A stretch of DNA of 64,000 bases from Candidatus Micrarchaeota archaeon (GTDB lineage Archaea; Micrarchaeota; Micrarchaeia; Anstonellales; Bilamarchaeaceae), in the NCBI GenBank assembly GCA_040758595.1, contig JBFLVJ010000004.1, forward strand, positions 3,896 through 67,895, given 5' to 3'. The position numbers were made by a program, and so were the translations under genes. Shown one piece after another: positions 8,966-18,590 of this stretch; within the stretch, counting starts at the first letter, position 1; every line of letters starts with the position of its first letter. Below the pieces are notes generated by a model. It saw only the letters and a list, made by a program, of their open reading frames with translations. It had not been told where the DNA came from and made no database searches.

Positions 8966-10081
8966 ATGGTCAAGCCATCGATCACTATCGGAAAGGACAC
9001 GATTTCTGAGGATTCAGCATGCTATGTGATAGCTGAGATAGGGCACAACCACCAGGGCAGCATGGACCTGGCCAAGAAGATGGTTGACGCGGCCGCGCAG
9101 GCCGGGGCCAACGCGGTCAAGCTGCAGAAGCGCTCCAACAAGGATCTCTTCACGGCCGAGATGTATGCAAAGCCCTACGAGAACGAGAACAGCTTCGGGA
9201 AGACATATGGCGAGCACCGCGAGGCCCTGGAGTTCGGCGAGGAGCAATACAAGGAGCTCAAGGCATATGCGGACTCAAAGGGCGTGACGTTCTTCGCGAC
9301 GCCGTTCGACATCCCGAGTGCGGACTTCCTGGAGAACGTAGGCGTGCCTGCCTACAAGATAGCCTCGGCGATGGTCACCGACATCCCGCTGATAGAGCAC
9401 GTCGCCAAGAAGGGGAAGCCAATCCTCCTCTCCACTGGGACATGCACCCTGGAGGACGTGGATCGCGCCTACGAATGCATGAAAAGCCATGGCGTGCCCA
9501 TGTGCATCCTGCACTGCGTGGCGGCCTACCCTATGATGGATTACTCCGAAGCTAACCTCAGCGTCATCAGCGCACTCAAGGAGCGATACCCCGACGCGGT
9601 CATCGGCTTCTCGAGCCACGAGAGCGGCATCATGCTGCCCGTGGCTGCCTATATGCTGGGAGCCAGGGTGGTGGAGAAGCACTTCACATTGAACCGCGCC
9701 ATGAAGGGCACCGACCAGACGTTTTCGCTAGAGCCCCAGGGGCTCTCGAAGATGGTGCGAGACCTCAAGCGCATCCACCAAGCCCTGGGAGACGGCAACA
9801 AGATAGTCCAGCGCTCGGAGATGAGCGCGAAACAGAAACTGGGCAAGAGCATATTCGCCAGGACGCGCATCCCGAAAGGCACGATAGTGGCGCCCGAGAT
9901 GGTGATTTTCAAGAGCCCGGCCACAGGCCTTCCGCCCTACAAGGTGGACGACGTCCTCGGCCGGGAGGCGAAATCCGACATCCCGCCCGACACTCCGATA
10001 GACTACAGCCTTTTGGGCGATGAGAAGAAGCAGTCCTTCGGCAAGGTAGACTGGGGCGCGCTGCTGGGCGGGAAGTCCTAG
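8966..10081 (+). CDS. neuB: N-acylneuraminate-9-phosphate/nonulosonic acid synthase family (NeuB/PseI/LegI-like, C-terminal SAF domain)
   Basis: IAEIGHNHQGSMDLAKKMVDAAAQAGANAVKLQ is the NeuB TIM-barrel signature. C-terminal SAF-like region is present. GGAGG lies 8 nt upstream of ATG 8966. A longer ORF opens at 8927. Confidence 0.8.
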   Translation: MVKPSITIGKDTISEDSACYVIAEIGHNHQGSMDLAKKMVDAAAQAGANAVKLQKRSNKDLFTAEMYAKPYENENSFGKTYGEHREALEFGEEQYKELKAYADSKGVTFFATPFDIPSADFLENVGVPAYKIASAMVTDIPLIEHVAKKGKPILLSTGTCTLEDVDRAYECMKSHGVPMCILHCVAAYPMMDYSEANLSVISALKERYPDAVIGFSSHESGIMLPVAAYMLGARVVEKHFTLNRAMKGTDQTFSLEPQGLSKMVRDLKRIHQALGDGNKIVQRSEMSAKQKLGKSIFARTRIPKGTIVAPEMVIFKSPATGLPPYKVDDVLGREAKSDIPPDTPIDYSLLGDEKKQSFGKVDWGALLGGKS

Positions 10082-10119
10082 CAGCCTGGCTTCTTGCCGG
10101 CATCGGTTTTGGTGATTCT

Positions 10120-10908
10120 ATGAATGAGCTTTTCAACCTCAAGGACAAGGTCGCGCTCGTCACCGGAGGCTCAGGCATACTGGGCAGGGAGTTCGTGAAG
10201 ATTCTGCGCAGCGCCGGGGCGAAGGTGGCCGTGTTCGAACTGCAGGACGGGGAATCGGATGACGATTCAGTCAGATACTTCAAGGTGGACATCACCGACA
10301 AGAAGGCGATAACCGCCGCGCTCGAAGACATCAAGAAGGGGTGGGGCGTGCCCCATATCCTCGTCAATTCCGCAGCCATAGACGCCCCGCCCGACTACTC
10401 GAATCCGATAAAGAGCGGACTGCTCGAGAGCGACGAGGCCGAGAGGAGGTTCGACAAGGTGATGGAAGTGAACGTCAAGGGTACCCTGCTATGCTCCCAG
10501 ATAATCGGCAACGAGATGGCCAGGAGCGGGAGAGGCTCCATCATCAACATATCATCCATCTACGGAGAGGGCTCGCCAGACCAGCGCATCTACATCAAGA
10601 ATGACCCGTCGAAATCTTTCATCAAGCCCATCTCATACTGCGTCAGCAAGGGCGCGATACCGAACATGTCGAGATACCTAGCGGCTTACTGGGCCGGGAA
10701 GGGCGTGCGCGTCAACACCCTCACGTTCGGAGGGGTGTTCAACAACCAGGATTCCGAATTCGTGGAGAAATACTGCGCGAAGGTGCCGCTGGGCCGCATG
10801 GCGAGGAAGGACGAATACAACGGAGCCCTGCTGTTCCTGGCATCGGACGCCTCGTCCTACATGACCGGCTCGAACATGGTGATAGATGGAGGATATACTG
10901 CCTGGTGA
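10120..10908 (+). CDS. Short-chain dehydrogenase/reductase (SDR)
   Basis: ALVTGGSGILG cofactor motif. YxxxK is present (YCVSKGAI). NSAAI motif. Confidence 0.75.
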   Translation: MNELFNLKDKVALVTGGSGILGREFVKILRSAGAKVAVFELQDGESDDDSVRYFKVDITDKKAITAALEDIKKGWGVPHILVNSAAIDAPPDYSNPIKSGLLESDEAERRFDKVMEVNVKGTLLCSQIIGNEMARSGRGSIINISSIYGEGSPDQRIYIKNDPSKSFIKPISYCVSKGAIPNMSRYLAAYWAGKGVRVNTLTFGGVFNNQDSEFVEKYCAKVPLGRMARKDEYNGALLFLASDASSYMTGSNMVIDGGYTAW

Positions 10909-10923
10909 ATCGTCGGTGATATC

Positions 10924-12405
10924 ATGAAGAACTTCAGCAATCTCATAAACGGGGAATGGAAGTCCGCCGCTTCAGGCAAGACGTTCGAGAACAGGAACCC
11001 GTCCGATACGGGCGAGGTGCTGGGAGCATTCCCGCGCTCTGGAAAGGAGGACATCGACGCAGCGGTCAAGGCAGCGAAGGAAGCATTCCCAGGATGGTCG
11101 AAGACGACACCTCCTGCCCGGGGCAGGATGCTCCTCGAGATAGCCCGCAAGATGGAAGAGCGCAAGGAGGAGCTGGCGAAGATAATTATGAAGGAAGTGG
11201 GCAAGACCATGAAGGAATGCCTGGGCGAGGTGTGCGCGGGCATCGACATGTGCAATTTCATGGCTGGCGAGGGCCGGGGCGATTTCGGCCAGGTGACCTA
11301 TTCAGAGCTGCCCGACCGCATAGCCATGACCAAGCGCTACCCCATCGGGGTGTGCGGCATCATACTCCCCTGGAACTTCCCCATCTCGCTGGTGAGCTGG
11401 AAGGTGTTCCCGGCCATATTGTGCGGCAACAGCGTCGTGGTAAAGCCAGCCGAGGACGCGCCCGAGAGCGTGAGCAAGTTCGGCGAGATACTGCTCGAGG
11501 CAGGCCTGCCCAAGGGAGTGGTGAATATCGTGAATGGCTTCGGCCACGAGGCCGGAGAGGCGCTGGTGAACCACCCCGGCGTCTCCATGATATCGTTCAC
11601 CGGCTCGAGTGAAGTGGGCCGAAAGATAGCGGCCACCTGCGGGCAGAGGCTCGCCAAGGTATCGCTGGAGCTGGGTGGCAAGAACGCGGCTATCGTGATG
11701 GATGACTCTGACCTGGACCTTGCGGTGGACTGCGTGCGCAGGGGCGCGTTCAGCGTCGCCGGCGAGAGATGCACCGCGACAAGCCGCGCGATTGTCCACA
11801 AGGACGTCCATGACGAGTTCGTGAAAAGGCTGCTCGAGGGCGCGAAGAAGATGAAGGTCGGCCCGGGCCACAACGAGGACACCGAAATCTGTCCCATCAT
11901 AAACCAGAAGCAGCTCGATAACGTCCTCTCCTATGTGGAGATCGGAAAGAAAGAAGGCGCCACCCTGCTGCTCGGGGGAGGACGCCTTGCGGGCGGGGAC
12001 CATGACAAGGGATTCTACACGGGTCCGACCATATTCACCGATGTCAAGCCCGAGATGAGGATAGCCCGGGAGGAGATATTCGGCCCGGTGCTGGTCGTCC
12101 TGAAGGCCGATTCGTTCGATGACGCCATCAGGATACACAACGATTCGGATTACGGCCTGTCGGCTGCAGTGTTCACGAAGGACATGGCCCGCTCGCTCAG
12201 CGCGGTCGACCGGATGGAGGCCGGCGTGTGCTATGCGAACGGACCGACGTTCGGTTCCGAGGTGCACCTGCCCTTCGGCGGCGTGAAGAAATCAGGCAAC
12301 GGCCACCGGGAAGTCGGCAAGGCCGCGCTCGAGATATTCTCGGAATACAAGACCATCTATCTCGACTACAGCGGAGGGGTGCAGAATGCACAATACAAGA
12401 AATGA
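10924..12405 (+). CDS. Aldehyde dehydrogenase family protein
   Basis: ALDH hallmarks: …WNFP…, ELGGKNAAIV (catalytic Glu region), …GERCTA… (catalytic Cys), and the EEIFGPV motif. Confidence 0.8.
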   Translation: MKNFSNLINGEWKSAASGKTFENRNPSDTGEVLGAFPRSGKEDIDAAVKAAKEAFPGWSKTTPPARGRMLLEIARKMEERKEELAKIIMKEVGKTMKECLGEVCAGIDMCNFMAGEGRGDFGQVTYSELPDRIAMTKRYPIGVCGIILPWNFPISLVSWKVFPAILCGNSVVVKPAEDAPESVSKFGEILLEAGLPKGVVNIVNGFGHEAGEALVNHPGVSMISFTGSSEVGRKIAATCGQRLAKVSLELGGKNAAIVMDDSDLDLAVDCVRRGAFSVAGERCTATSRAIVHKDVHDEFVKRLLEGAKKMKVGPGHNEDTEICPIINQKQLDNVLSYVEIGKKEGATLLLGGGRLAGGDHDKGFYTGPTIFTDVKPEMRIAREEIFGPVLVVLKADSFDDAIRIHNDSDYGLSAAVFTKDMARSLSAVDRMEAGVCYANGPTFGSEVHLPFGGVKKSGNGHREVGKAALEIFSEYKTIYLDYSGGVQNAQYKK

Positions 12406-14308
12406 GCTGTTCTTCAGCAAGGCTGATTTCGATGCGGTGAAAGGCTCATCGCTCGAGCTGGCCGAGCGCCTCTCGATTGTCGCTGACATGATAAGGTTCA
12501 ACACTCTGGCCACTATAGCATATGCCGGCTCGGGCCACATCGGAACCTCGCTTAGCGCCGCAGACCTGTTCACCCTCCTCTATCATCACCTCATGCGTTA
12601 TGATCCTCAGCACCCCCACAAGCACGGGAGGGACATCTTCATCTTATCGAAAGGACACGCATCGCCAGGCCTCTATGCGACCTTGGCTTCCGCTGGTTTC
12701 ATGGAAGCCGAAAAGCTCAAGGGATTCAGGAAGCTGGACGGCCTCCAGGGCCATGTGGATGTCTCGGTGCCGGGCATCGACGCGAACACAGGCTCGTTGG
12801 GGATGGGTATCTCCAAGGGGAAAGGCCATGCATGGGCCTACAAATCAGAGAAGAACGGCGGCAGGGCCTATGTCATGGTCGGCGACGGAGAGCTCCAGGA
12901 AGGGCAGAACTGGGAGGCGTTGCAGTCCGCCGGGCACATGAAGCTCGACAATCTTTACCTCATAATAGACAGGAACATGGTCCAGACCGACCGGAAGGTC
13001 AGCGAGATATCAGACATCGAGCCGTTGGACCGCAAGCTCGAGGATTTCGGCTGGGACGTGGTGCGGACCGACGGCAACGACATCGGAAAGCTTCTCGAAG
13101 CGTTCACGAAACTCGAAACCCAGAACCCGAAACCAGGACAAGAGCCGGGACCCAAGGCGCTGATAGCCGACACCAAGAAAGGCCGGGGCGTCTTCTTCAT
13201 GTGCTGCGATTCGCCCGACGCCTTCCGCGACGGCCTCTACAGATGGCATGGCGGCTTTTCGAATGATGAGGATCGGAAGAGGGCGTTCGACGAACTCGGC
13301 TCCCGCCTAGAGCCAAAGCTAGCCCCGCTCGGCATCTCCATCCCGACATATATCGCTCCCGCTCCAACTCCATCCACATTCAAAGGCTCCTCGCTCAAGC
13401 CCGCTTTCTCGAATTCCCTCCTTAAGCTGGCGGAGAAGCACAAGGAGATGGTGGTCATGGACGCCGACCTCGGAGAGGATTGCGGCCTGCTCCCTTTCGA
13501 GAGGCAGCATCCCGACCGCTTCATCCAGGTCGGCATCGCAGAGCAGGACATGGTCTCCATGGCCGGCGGCCTGGCGAAGGCAGGCAGGCTCCCGATAGTG
13601 AACACCTACACCGCGTTCCTCAGCTCACGCTCCAACGAGCAGATATTCAACAACTGCTCGGAGAAGGACAAAGTCATCTATGTCGGCCACTTGGCAGGGC
13701 TCCTACCCGCCAAGCCGGGCAAATCCCACCAGGGCATCCGGGACATCTCGCTGCTCCGCTCGATCCCGAATCTCACGCTCTGCCAACCTTGCACCGGTGC
13801 AGAGCTCGAAGCCATCATGGAGCTGCTCGCGGATTCCCACGGGAGCGCATACATGCGCCTGGAGCACGTACCGCCAAGAGAGGACGTCCAGCTCCCTGAA
13901 GATTACGAGGTCGCCACCGGCAAGGGAGCGGTCCTCTGCGAAGGGAAAGACGCGGCCATCATCAGCCACGGGGCGGTGATGGTCTCAGAATCCGTCCTCG
14001 CCAGCGAGGTGCTTGAGAAGGAAGGGATATCCGTCATGGTCATAGACCTCCCCTGGCTCAATCACATCGACAAGGAATGGCTCCAGAAAGCGCTCGAAGG
14101 CATCAAGCACGTCTTCTGCGTGGAGAACCATTCAGCCATCGGAGGCCAGGCCGAAGAGGTGGCAAGGCGCATCTCTGATGATTGCAGCCTGAACGTCATC
14201 GGTGTGGAGGGCTGGCCCCAGTCCGGAGACAATGGTGATGTGCTGGGGCGCTATGCGCTCGACCACGCATCCATCGCGAAAAAAATCAAAGAGGTGCTAG
14301 GGAGATGA
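12386..14308 (+). CDS. Transketolase-family protein (fused N-terminal TPP-binding and C-terminal pyrimidine/transketolase-C domains)
   Basis: GHIGTSLSAADL…LSKGHASPGLYA…GSLGMGISKGKG…VMVGDGELQEG are TPP-binding motifs. The C-terminal half resembles transketolase central and C domains. It overlaps the ALDH 3' end by 20 nt. Confidence 0.7.
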   Translation: MHNTRNELFFSKADFDAVKGSSLELAERLSIVADMIRFNTLATIAYAGSGHIGTSLSAADLFTLLYHHLMRYDPQHPHKHGRDIFILSKGHASPGLYATLASAGFMEAEKLKGFRKLDGLQGHVDVSVPGIDANTGSLGMGISKGKGHAWAYKSEKNGGRAYVMVGDGELQEGQNWEALQSAGHMKLDNLYLIIDRNMVQTDRKVSEISDIEPLDRKLEDFGWDVVRTDGNDIGKLLEAFTKLETQNPKPGQEPGPKALIADTKKGRGVFFMCCDSPDAFRDGLYRWHGGFSNDEDRKRAFDELGSRLEPKLAPLGISIPTYIAPAPTPSTFKGSSLKPAFSNSLLKLAEKHKEMVVMDADLGEDCGLLPFERQHPDRFIQVGIAEQDMVSMAGGLAKAGRLPIVNTYTAFLSSRSNEQIFNNCSEKDKVIYVGHLAGLLPAKPGKSHQGIRDISLLRSIPNLTLCQPCTGAELEAIMELLADSHGSAYMRLEHVPPREDVQLPEDYEVATGKGAVLCEGKDAAIISHGAVMVSESVLASEVLEKEGISVMVIDLPWLNHIDKEWLQKALEGIKHVFCVENHSAIGGQAEEVARRISDDCSLNVIGVEGWPQSGDNGDVLGRYALDHASIAKKIKEVLGR

Positions 14309-15012
14309 AGGTGCTCGCGCTCATCCTCGCCCGCGGCGGCTCGGAAAGAATCCCGAAAAAGAACATCGCCATGCTGGGCGGCCACCCGCTCATCCACTAC
14401 ACCATCGAAGCCGCGAAAAAATCCAAACACATAAACCGCATCATCGTCTCCACGGACAGCCAGGAGATAGCTGACGTGGCGAAGAGGCTCGGCGCAGAGG
14501 TCCCGTTCCTCCGGCCCGCGGAGATCTCCAAGTCGGATTCCACCGAGCTCCAGGCGTTCGAGCACGCTCTGGGCTATCTGAAGGACGAGGAAGGATACGA
14601 GCCGGACATAATCGTCAAGCCGTTCCCCACCTCCCCGTTCCGCACTACCAAGACCATAGACAGAGCGATCGAGATGCTCATCGCCCACCCGGAGGCGGAT
14701 TCGGTCCGCTCGGTGCGGCTCTGCAAGGAGCATCCCTACAAGATGTGGAGGATAGAAGGGGGCGAGCTGAAGCATCTGATTCCAGAAGACCAGAAGCCGG
14801 ACCAGGCGCACACGCTTTCATACCAGGTGCTGCCCGAGGTCTATGTCAACAACGCCAGCATCGACGTCACTAAACCCTCAACTGTCTTCGGCAAGAAATC
14901 GATCACCGGGTCAAAGATACTCGCCCTGGTCATGGACGAGCTGGAATCGCACGACATCAACACGCCGCTGGACCTGCTCTTGGCAGAGCGTCTCCTGAAG
15001 GGGCGCCGCTGA
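14305..15012 (+). CDS. neuA: Acylneuraminate (nonulosonic/ulosonic acid) cytidylyltransferase, CMP-NeuAc/CMP-Kdo synthetase family
   Basis: N-terminal ALILARGGSERIPKKN motif is diagnostic of the NeuA/KdsB/PseF family. Overlaps the transketolase stop by 4 nt. Confidence 0.75.
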   Translation: MKVLALILARGGSERIPKKNIAMLGGHPLIHYTIEAAKKSKHINRIIVSTDSQEIADVAKRLGAEVPFLRPAEISKSDSTELQAFEHALGYLKDEEGYEPDIIVKPFPTSPFRTTKTIDRAIEMLIAHPEADSVRSVRLCKEHPYKMWRIEGGELKHLIPEDQKPDQAHTLSYQVLPEVYVNNASIDVTKPSTVFGKKSITGSKILALVMDELESHDINTPLDLLLAERLLKGRR

Positions 15013-15025
15013 CAATCCGCTCTGA

Positions 15026-15868
15026 TCACTTCTTTTTCCAGGCGTAGGTCGTCAGGTGCGCGGGGTAGGCGGTCTCGAATCCGTAGCCCATCTTAGGGAA
15101 CAACTCCTCGAGAGCAAATTTCGTGTATCTCCCGTCCACGATGTGGTTGGATGCTATCGCCAGGTGCACGTCGTTCTCCGCCAGCACCTTCACAGCGCCC
15201 TTCACGGTCTCTATCTCTGCGCCTTCGATGTCCATCTTGATGAAGTCCACATGTCCGAGCCCGAGCTCTTCCGCTTCCTCGTCTATGGTCACGATGGGGA
15301 CCTCTATGACGTCCTTGGCCTCCTTCGCATCCGGTATTATCGGGCTGTCCTTCTTGTCCACGAAAAGCGTCGAGGTGCCAAGGCCCTTGTTATCGAACTT
15401 CATGCTGCCCCTTGAGCTCCAGGTGGCCTTGTTGAGGAGTGCCACATTCTTGAGGCCGTTCATCTCAACATTGCGCTTGAGGCGTTCATAGTTGAGCGGG
15501 TCCGGCTCGTACGCTATCACCTTGCCCCTCTCTCCTACCAGCTTTGCTGCATACAGCGTGAACACGCCGATGTACGCTCCACAGTCTATCACCACGTCGC
15601 CTTCCCTGAGCTCGTACCTGCCCAGATCGCCATCGGTCATGTGCGGTATCCTGCTCCAGAACTCCTCGAGCATCCAGGAATCCTTGGCTATCCTCATGGA
15701 CAGACCGCCATTGAACCTGTACTCGAAATAATCCTTGCCTTCCACGATATCGAAACCGATGCCCTTGCTCTTGTTGTAGTGCCTGTACACCTTCACCTTC
15801 AGCGGCGCCGGCAGATAGCTAGATAGCCTGAAATACAGGGCAGATTCCATCTTCTTCTTGATGTCCAT
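15026..15868 (-). CDS. FkbM-family methyltransferase
   Basis: …DVVIDCGAYIGVFTLYAAKLVGERGKVIAYEPDPLNYERLKRNVEMNGL… and HVDFIKMDIEGAE are characteristic of FkbM MTases. Confidence 0.65.
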   Translation of the reverse strand: MDIKKKMESALYFRLSSYLPAPLKVKVYRHYNKSKGIGFDIVEGKDYFEYRFNGGLSMRIAKDSWMLEEFWSRIPHMTDGDLGRYELREGDVVIDCGAYIGVFTLYAAKLVGERGKVIAYEPDPLNYERLKRNVEMNGLKNVALLNKATWSSRGSMKFDNKGLGTSTLFVDKKDSPIIPDAKEAKDVIEVPIVTIDEEAEELGLGHVDFIKMDIEGAEIETVKGAVKVLAENDVHLAIASNHIVDGRYTKFALEELFPKMGYGFETAYPAHLTTYAWKKK

Positions 15869-15879
15869 ATAAGCACCTC

Positions 15880-17238
15880 CTAATCTTTCCGGCCGCTAGC
15901 GCTCCATCTAAGGACGTCCTTTATCTCGCCGGCCAGCCTCCCTTCGTCATCCAACGGGATTATGTTCTTCGCATATTCCTTCAGGAAATCCGCGTAAGCC
16001 TCTCCATCTACTTTATACTCGCCATCCTTAATGGCCATCAGTACCCTAGGCAGCCTGTTGAGGTCCTTGACGTCTATCCCGACGTCCTTGTATGCCTCGT
16101 GGCCGAGCACCACCAGCGGCTTCTCCATCAATAGGGCCTCGTAGCCCACCGTGGAGTTTATCGCTATCACCCCAATGGAGTCCCGGATTAGCTCGCTCGT
16201 GTTCTCCTCCGGGTGTATCAGCCGCACCCGCTTCTCCCTCTTCAAATCAAGCACCGTGCCGAGCCCCTGATCGGCGTTTCTCCAGTGCGGGTGCACCTTC
16301 ACATAAATATATGTGCCTTGGGGCAGGCACTTGGCCATCTGCTTCGCGGTCCCCAGCTGGTCCAGGAAATACTCGCGGTAGGCTATCTGGGCCTCCCACT
16401 CGTAGTGGATGGAGAAAAGGAAATACCTCTCGCCCTTCCTTGGTCGGTCGAAGAAGATGGAATGCAATCTTGGATAGATGAGGTGCTTCGCGCTCCTATC
16501 CAGGAGCCGCCAGTACTTCTGGGGCAGGTCAGGGACGTCAGCGTCCATCTTGGCCCCGCCCTTGAGGACCACCGATATCTTGTGCGGTATGAACGGCACC
16601 TTCTTCATCATGTTGCCGAGCTTGTTGCCTGACTTGCTGTCGAGCTTGACTATCTCCTTCTTCTCGGTGGTCCTTGACCTGAACTCCTCCAGCACCCCAT
16701 CGTCGCTCTCCCTGTAGTATATTGGCATGTTGTCCTTGTCCCAGAAGATGAGGCTCTCCTTGAGCAGCCTGCCGTTTATGGGTTTCACGTTCTTCACGCC
16801 CATGCGCTCGGCAACGAGCTCTGCGGTGTTGATGAATAGCAAGCAGTCCATGAAATTGAACAGCACGTCCGCGCCCTGGAATATCTCCTTCCAGGCGAGC
16901 ACGTACCTGGCCAGTTTCTCCCTGAGGTCCTTCTTGCACAGCCAACCCCACCTTCTTTTGGTGGATGCTGCCAGGTAGTCGAAAGGGACTCCGAGGAACG
17001 CCTCGGCCTCTTCTATATCGTTCTCGGATAACTCTCTTGAGAACGCACGGGAGGAGAAGAAATCGCGGTACCTGAGGTCCAGGCCGGTCATATCCCTGAA
17101 CGTATTCTCAGGGATGCGGCCGATGACTTCAACGTCGAAATCATCTTTGAGGCGCGTGAGGGCCGACATCACCTTCTGGTGCCTCGGGTGTATGGAATCC
17201 ACTGTGACGTCCTGCGGATACAGGACCTTCACCGACAA
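15880..17238 (-). CDS. Capsule-polysaccharide-biosynthesis (KpsS/KpsC/LpsZ-like) family protein, putative ulosonic-acid transferase
   Basis: Overall resemblance to the Capsule_synth family (…KVHPHWRN…NSTVGYEALLMEKPLVVLG…). The family assignment is from memory and not verified. Confidence 0.45.
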   Translation of the reverse strand: MSVKVLYPQDVTVDSIHPRHQKVMSALTRLKDDFDVEVIGRIPENTFRDMTGLDLRYRDFFSSRAFSRELSENDIEEAEAFLGVPFDYLAASTKRRWGWLCKKDLREKLARYVLAWKEIFQGADVLFNFMDCLLFINTAELVAERMGVKNVKPINGRLLKESLIFWDKDNMPIYYRESDDGVLEEFRSRTTEKKEIVKLDSKSGNKLGNMMKKVPFIPHKISVVLKGGAKMDADVPDLPQKYWRLLDRSAKHLIYPRLHSIFFDRPRKGERYFLFSIHYEWEAQIAYREYFLDQLGTAKQMAKCLPQGTYIYVKVHPHWRNADQGLGTVLDLKREKRVRLIHPEENTSELIRDSIGVIAINSTVGYEALLMEKPLVVLGHEAYKDVGIDVKDLNRLPRVLMAIKDGEYKVDGEAYADFLKEYAKNIIPLDDEGRLAGEIKDVLRWSASGRKD

Positions 17239-17396
17239 CCTCCCCTCTGCTATCCAAATCCCTCCTCTGCCTCCAAAGAGCGCTATATGCTTAATCCCGA
17301 ACCTTCCTTTTAAACCTTTTTCAGAGGGCGGACACCGCTCTCCACACCGTCGCTTTTTAGTATTATCGCGCGAAATCAGGAATAGAGCTGATTGTT

Positions 17397-18554
17397 ATGG
17401 ATCCGATTCCTGTCGAGCAGGTAGTGCAGAAGGACAAGCTTGGGCCGTTGAAATCCGCGGGCCATCTCATCGATATAGAAGCCATGGACGAATACGAGAA
17501 ATCCATCAGGGAGAGCAAGAGCGCAGTGCCCGGCCCTTCGTTCTGGAAGGGGAGGCGCGTCCTCATCACCGGTTCGGCCGGCATGGTAGGCAGCACCATG
17601 ATAGATCTGCTCATCTCCATGGACGCCAAGGTGGCGGGCACCGTCAAGCGCCACGCGCTTCCGGACTACCCGAACGTCATGCACAACGTGGACAGCGGCA
17701 AGTTGCACCTCTACGAAGTGGATCTGACCGACTACAACCGGGTTGCCTCCCTCATCAAGGAGTTCGAGCCCGAATTCATATTCCACCAGGCTGCCGAATC
17801 GTTCGTGCCGACCTCGCTCCAGCAGCCGAGCCATGTGGTCGAGAACAACTGCGTGAGCACCACCAACCTGCTGGAAGCGGCCACCAAGGAGGACAAGAGC
17901 CTCAAAGGGATACAGCTGGCATGCTCTTCCGAGCAGTACGGTTTCGTCAAGGACGCATCAGAGCTTCCGGTGCGCGAGGAGAACGAGCTGCGACCCACTT
18001 CGACCTACGCATCCACCAAGGTGTTCACCGAGTTCATCGGCAAGTCGTATTTCTACACATACAAGACCCCGACTGTCATCACCCGCTCCTTCAACCAGGA
18101 GGGCCCTAGGAGAGGCCCTCAGTTCTTCACCGCCAGGATAGGCCATCAGATGAAGGACATCCTCTCGGGCAAGTCAAACCGCATAGTGATGGGCAACCCG
18201 AACGCGGTGCGCGATTTCACCCACATCCACGATTCGGTCAAGGCCCAGCTGCTCGCGCTGGAGAAGTGCGAGCGCGGCCAGGCCTACAACATCTGCTCGG
18301 GCAAGGGCATCACCACCGGCGACTATGCGACGCTTGCCACCAGGGTCTGGGACGTCAAGGCGCCCATCTTCGTGGACAAGAGGCTCCTGCGGCCGTACGA
18401 GCGCGGGGAGGCCCTCTTCGACGGCTTCATCGGCGACAACCGGAAGTTCAGCGAGAAAACCGGCTGGAAGCCCACGCTTACCGTGACCGACATAATCCGG
18501 GACAGCGTGAAGTTCTATCAGGATCCCAAGGCATTCCCTGTGCTCAAGGCCTGA
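17397..18554 (+). CDS. NAD-dependent sugar-nucleotide 4,6-dehydratase (GDP-mannose 4,6-dehydratase-like)
   Basis: RVLITGSAGMVGS Rossmann motif, YASTK (YxxxK), and GMD-like …NPNAVRDFTHIHD… segment. N-terminal ~45-aa extension. Confidence 0.65.
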   Translation: MDPIPVEQVVQKDKLGPLKSAGHLIDIEAMDEYEKSIRESKSAVPGPSFWKGRRVLITGSAGMVGSTMIDLLISMDAKVAGTVKRHALPDYPNVMHNVDSGKLHLYEVDLTDYNRVASLIKEFEPEFIFHQAAESFVPTSLQQPSHVVENNCVSTTNLLEAATKEDKSLKGIQLACSSEQYGFVKDASELPVREENELRPTSTYASTKVFTEFIGKSYFYTYKTPTVITRSFNQEGPRRGPQFFTARIGHQMKDILSGKSNRIVMGNPNAVRDFTHIHDSVKAQLLALEKCERGQAYNICSGKGITTGDYATLATRVWDVKAPIFVDKRLLRPYERGEALFDGFIGDNRKFSEKTGWKPTLTVTDIIRDSVKFYQDPKAFPVLKA

Positions 18555-18590
18555 GCGTCAGTTTATATCCGTTGGCTGGGGATTGTTACC

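Noticed and set aside
11302-12267. Long antisense ORFs inside clear genes (e.g. 11302-12267 - within ALDH; 6435-7187 + within GT4; 17114-18109 + within the KpsS-like/GMD region; 2362-3066 + within the MTase; 24773-25168 +)
   Set aside because: These are shadow ORFs typical of high-GC DNA. Their translations are Arg/Gly/His-rich low-complexity sequences with no domain signatures, and they overlap well-supported genes.
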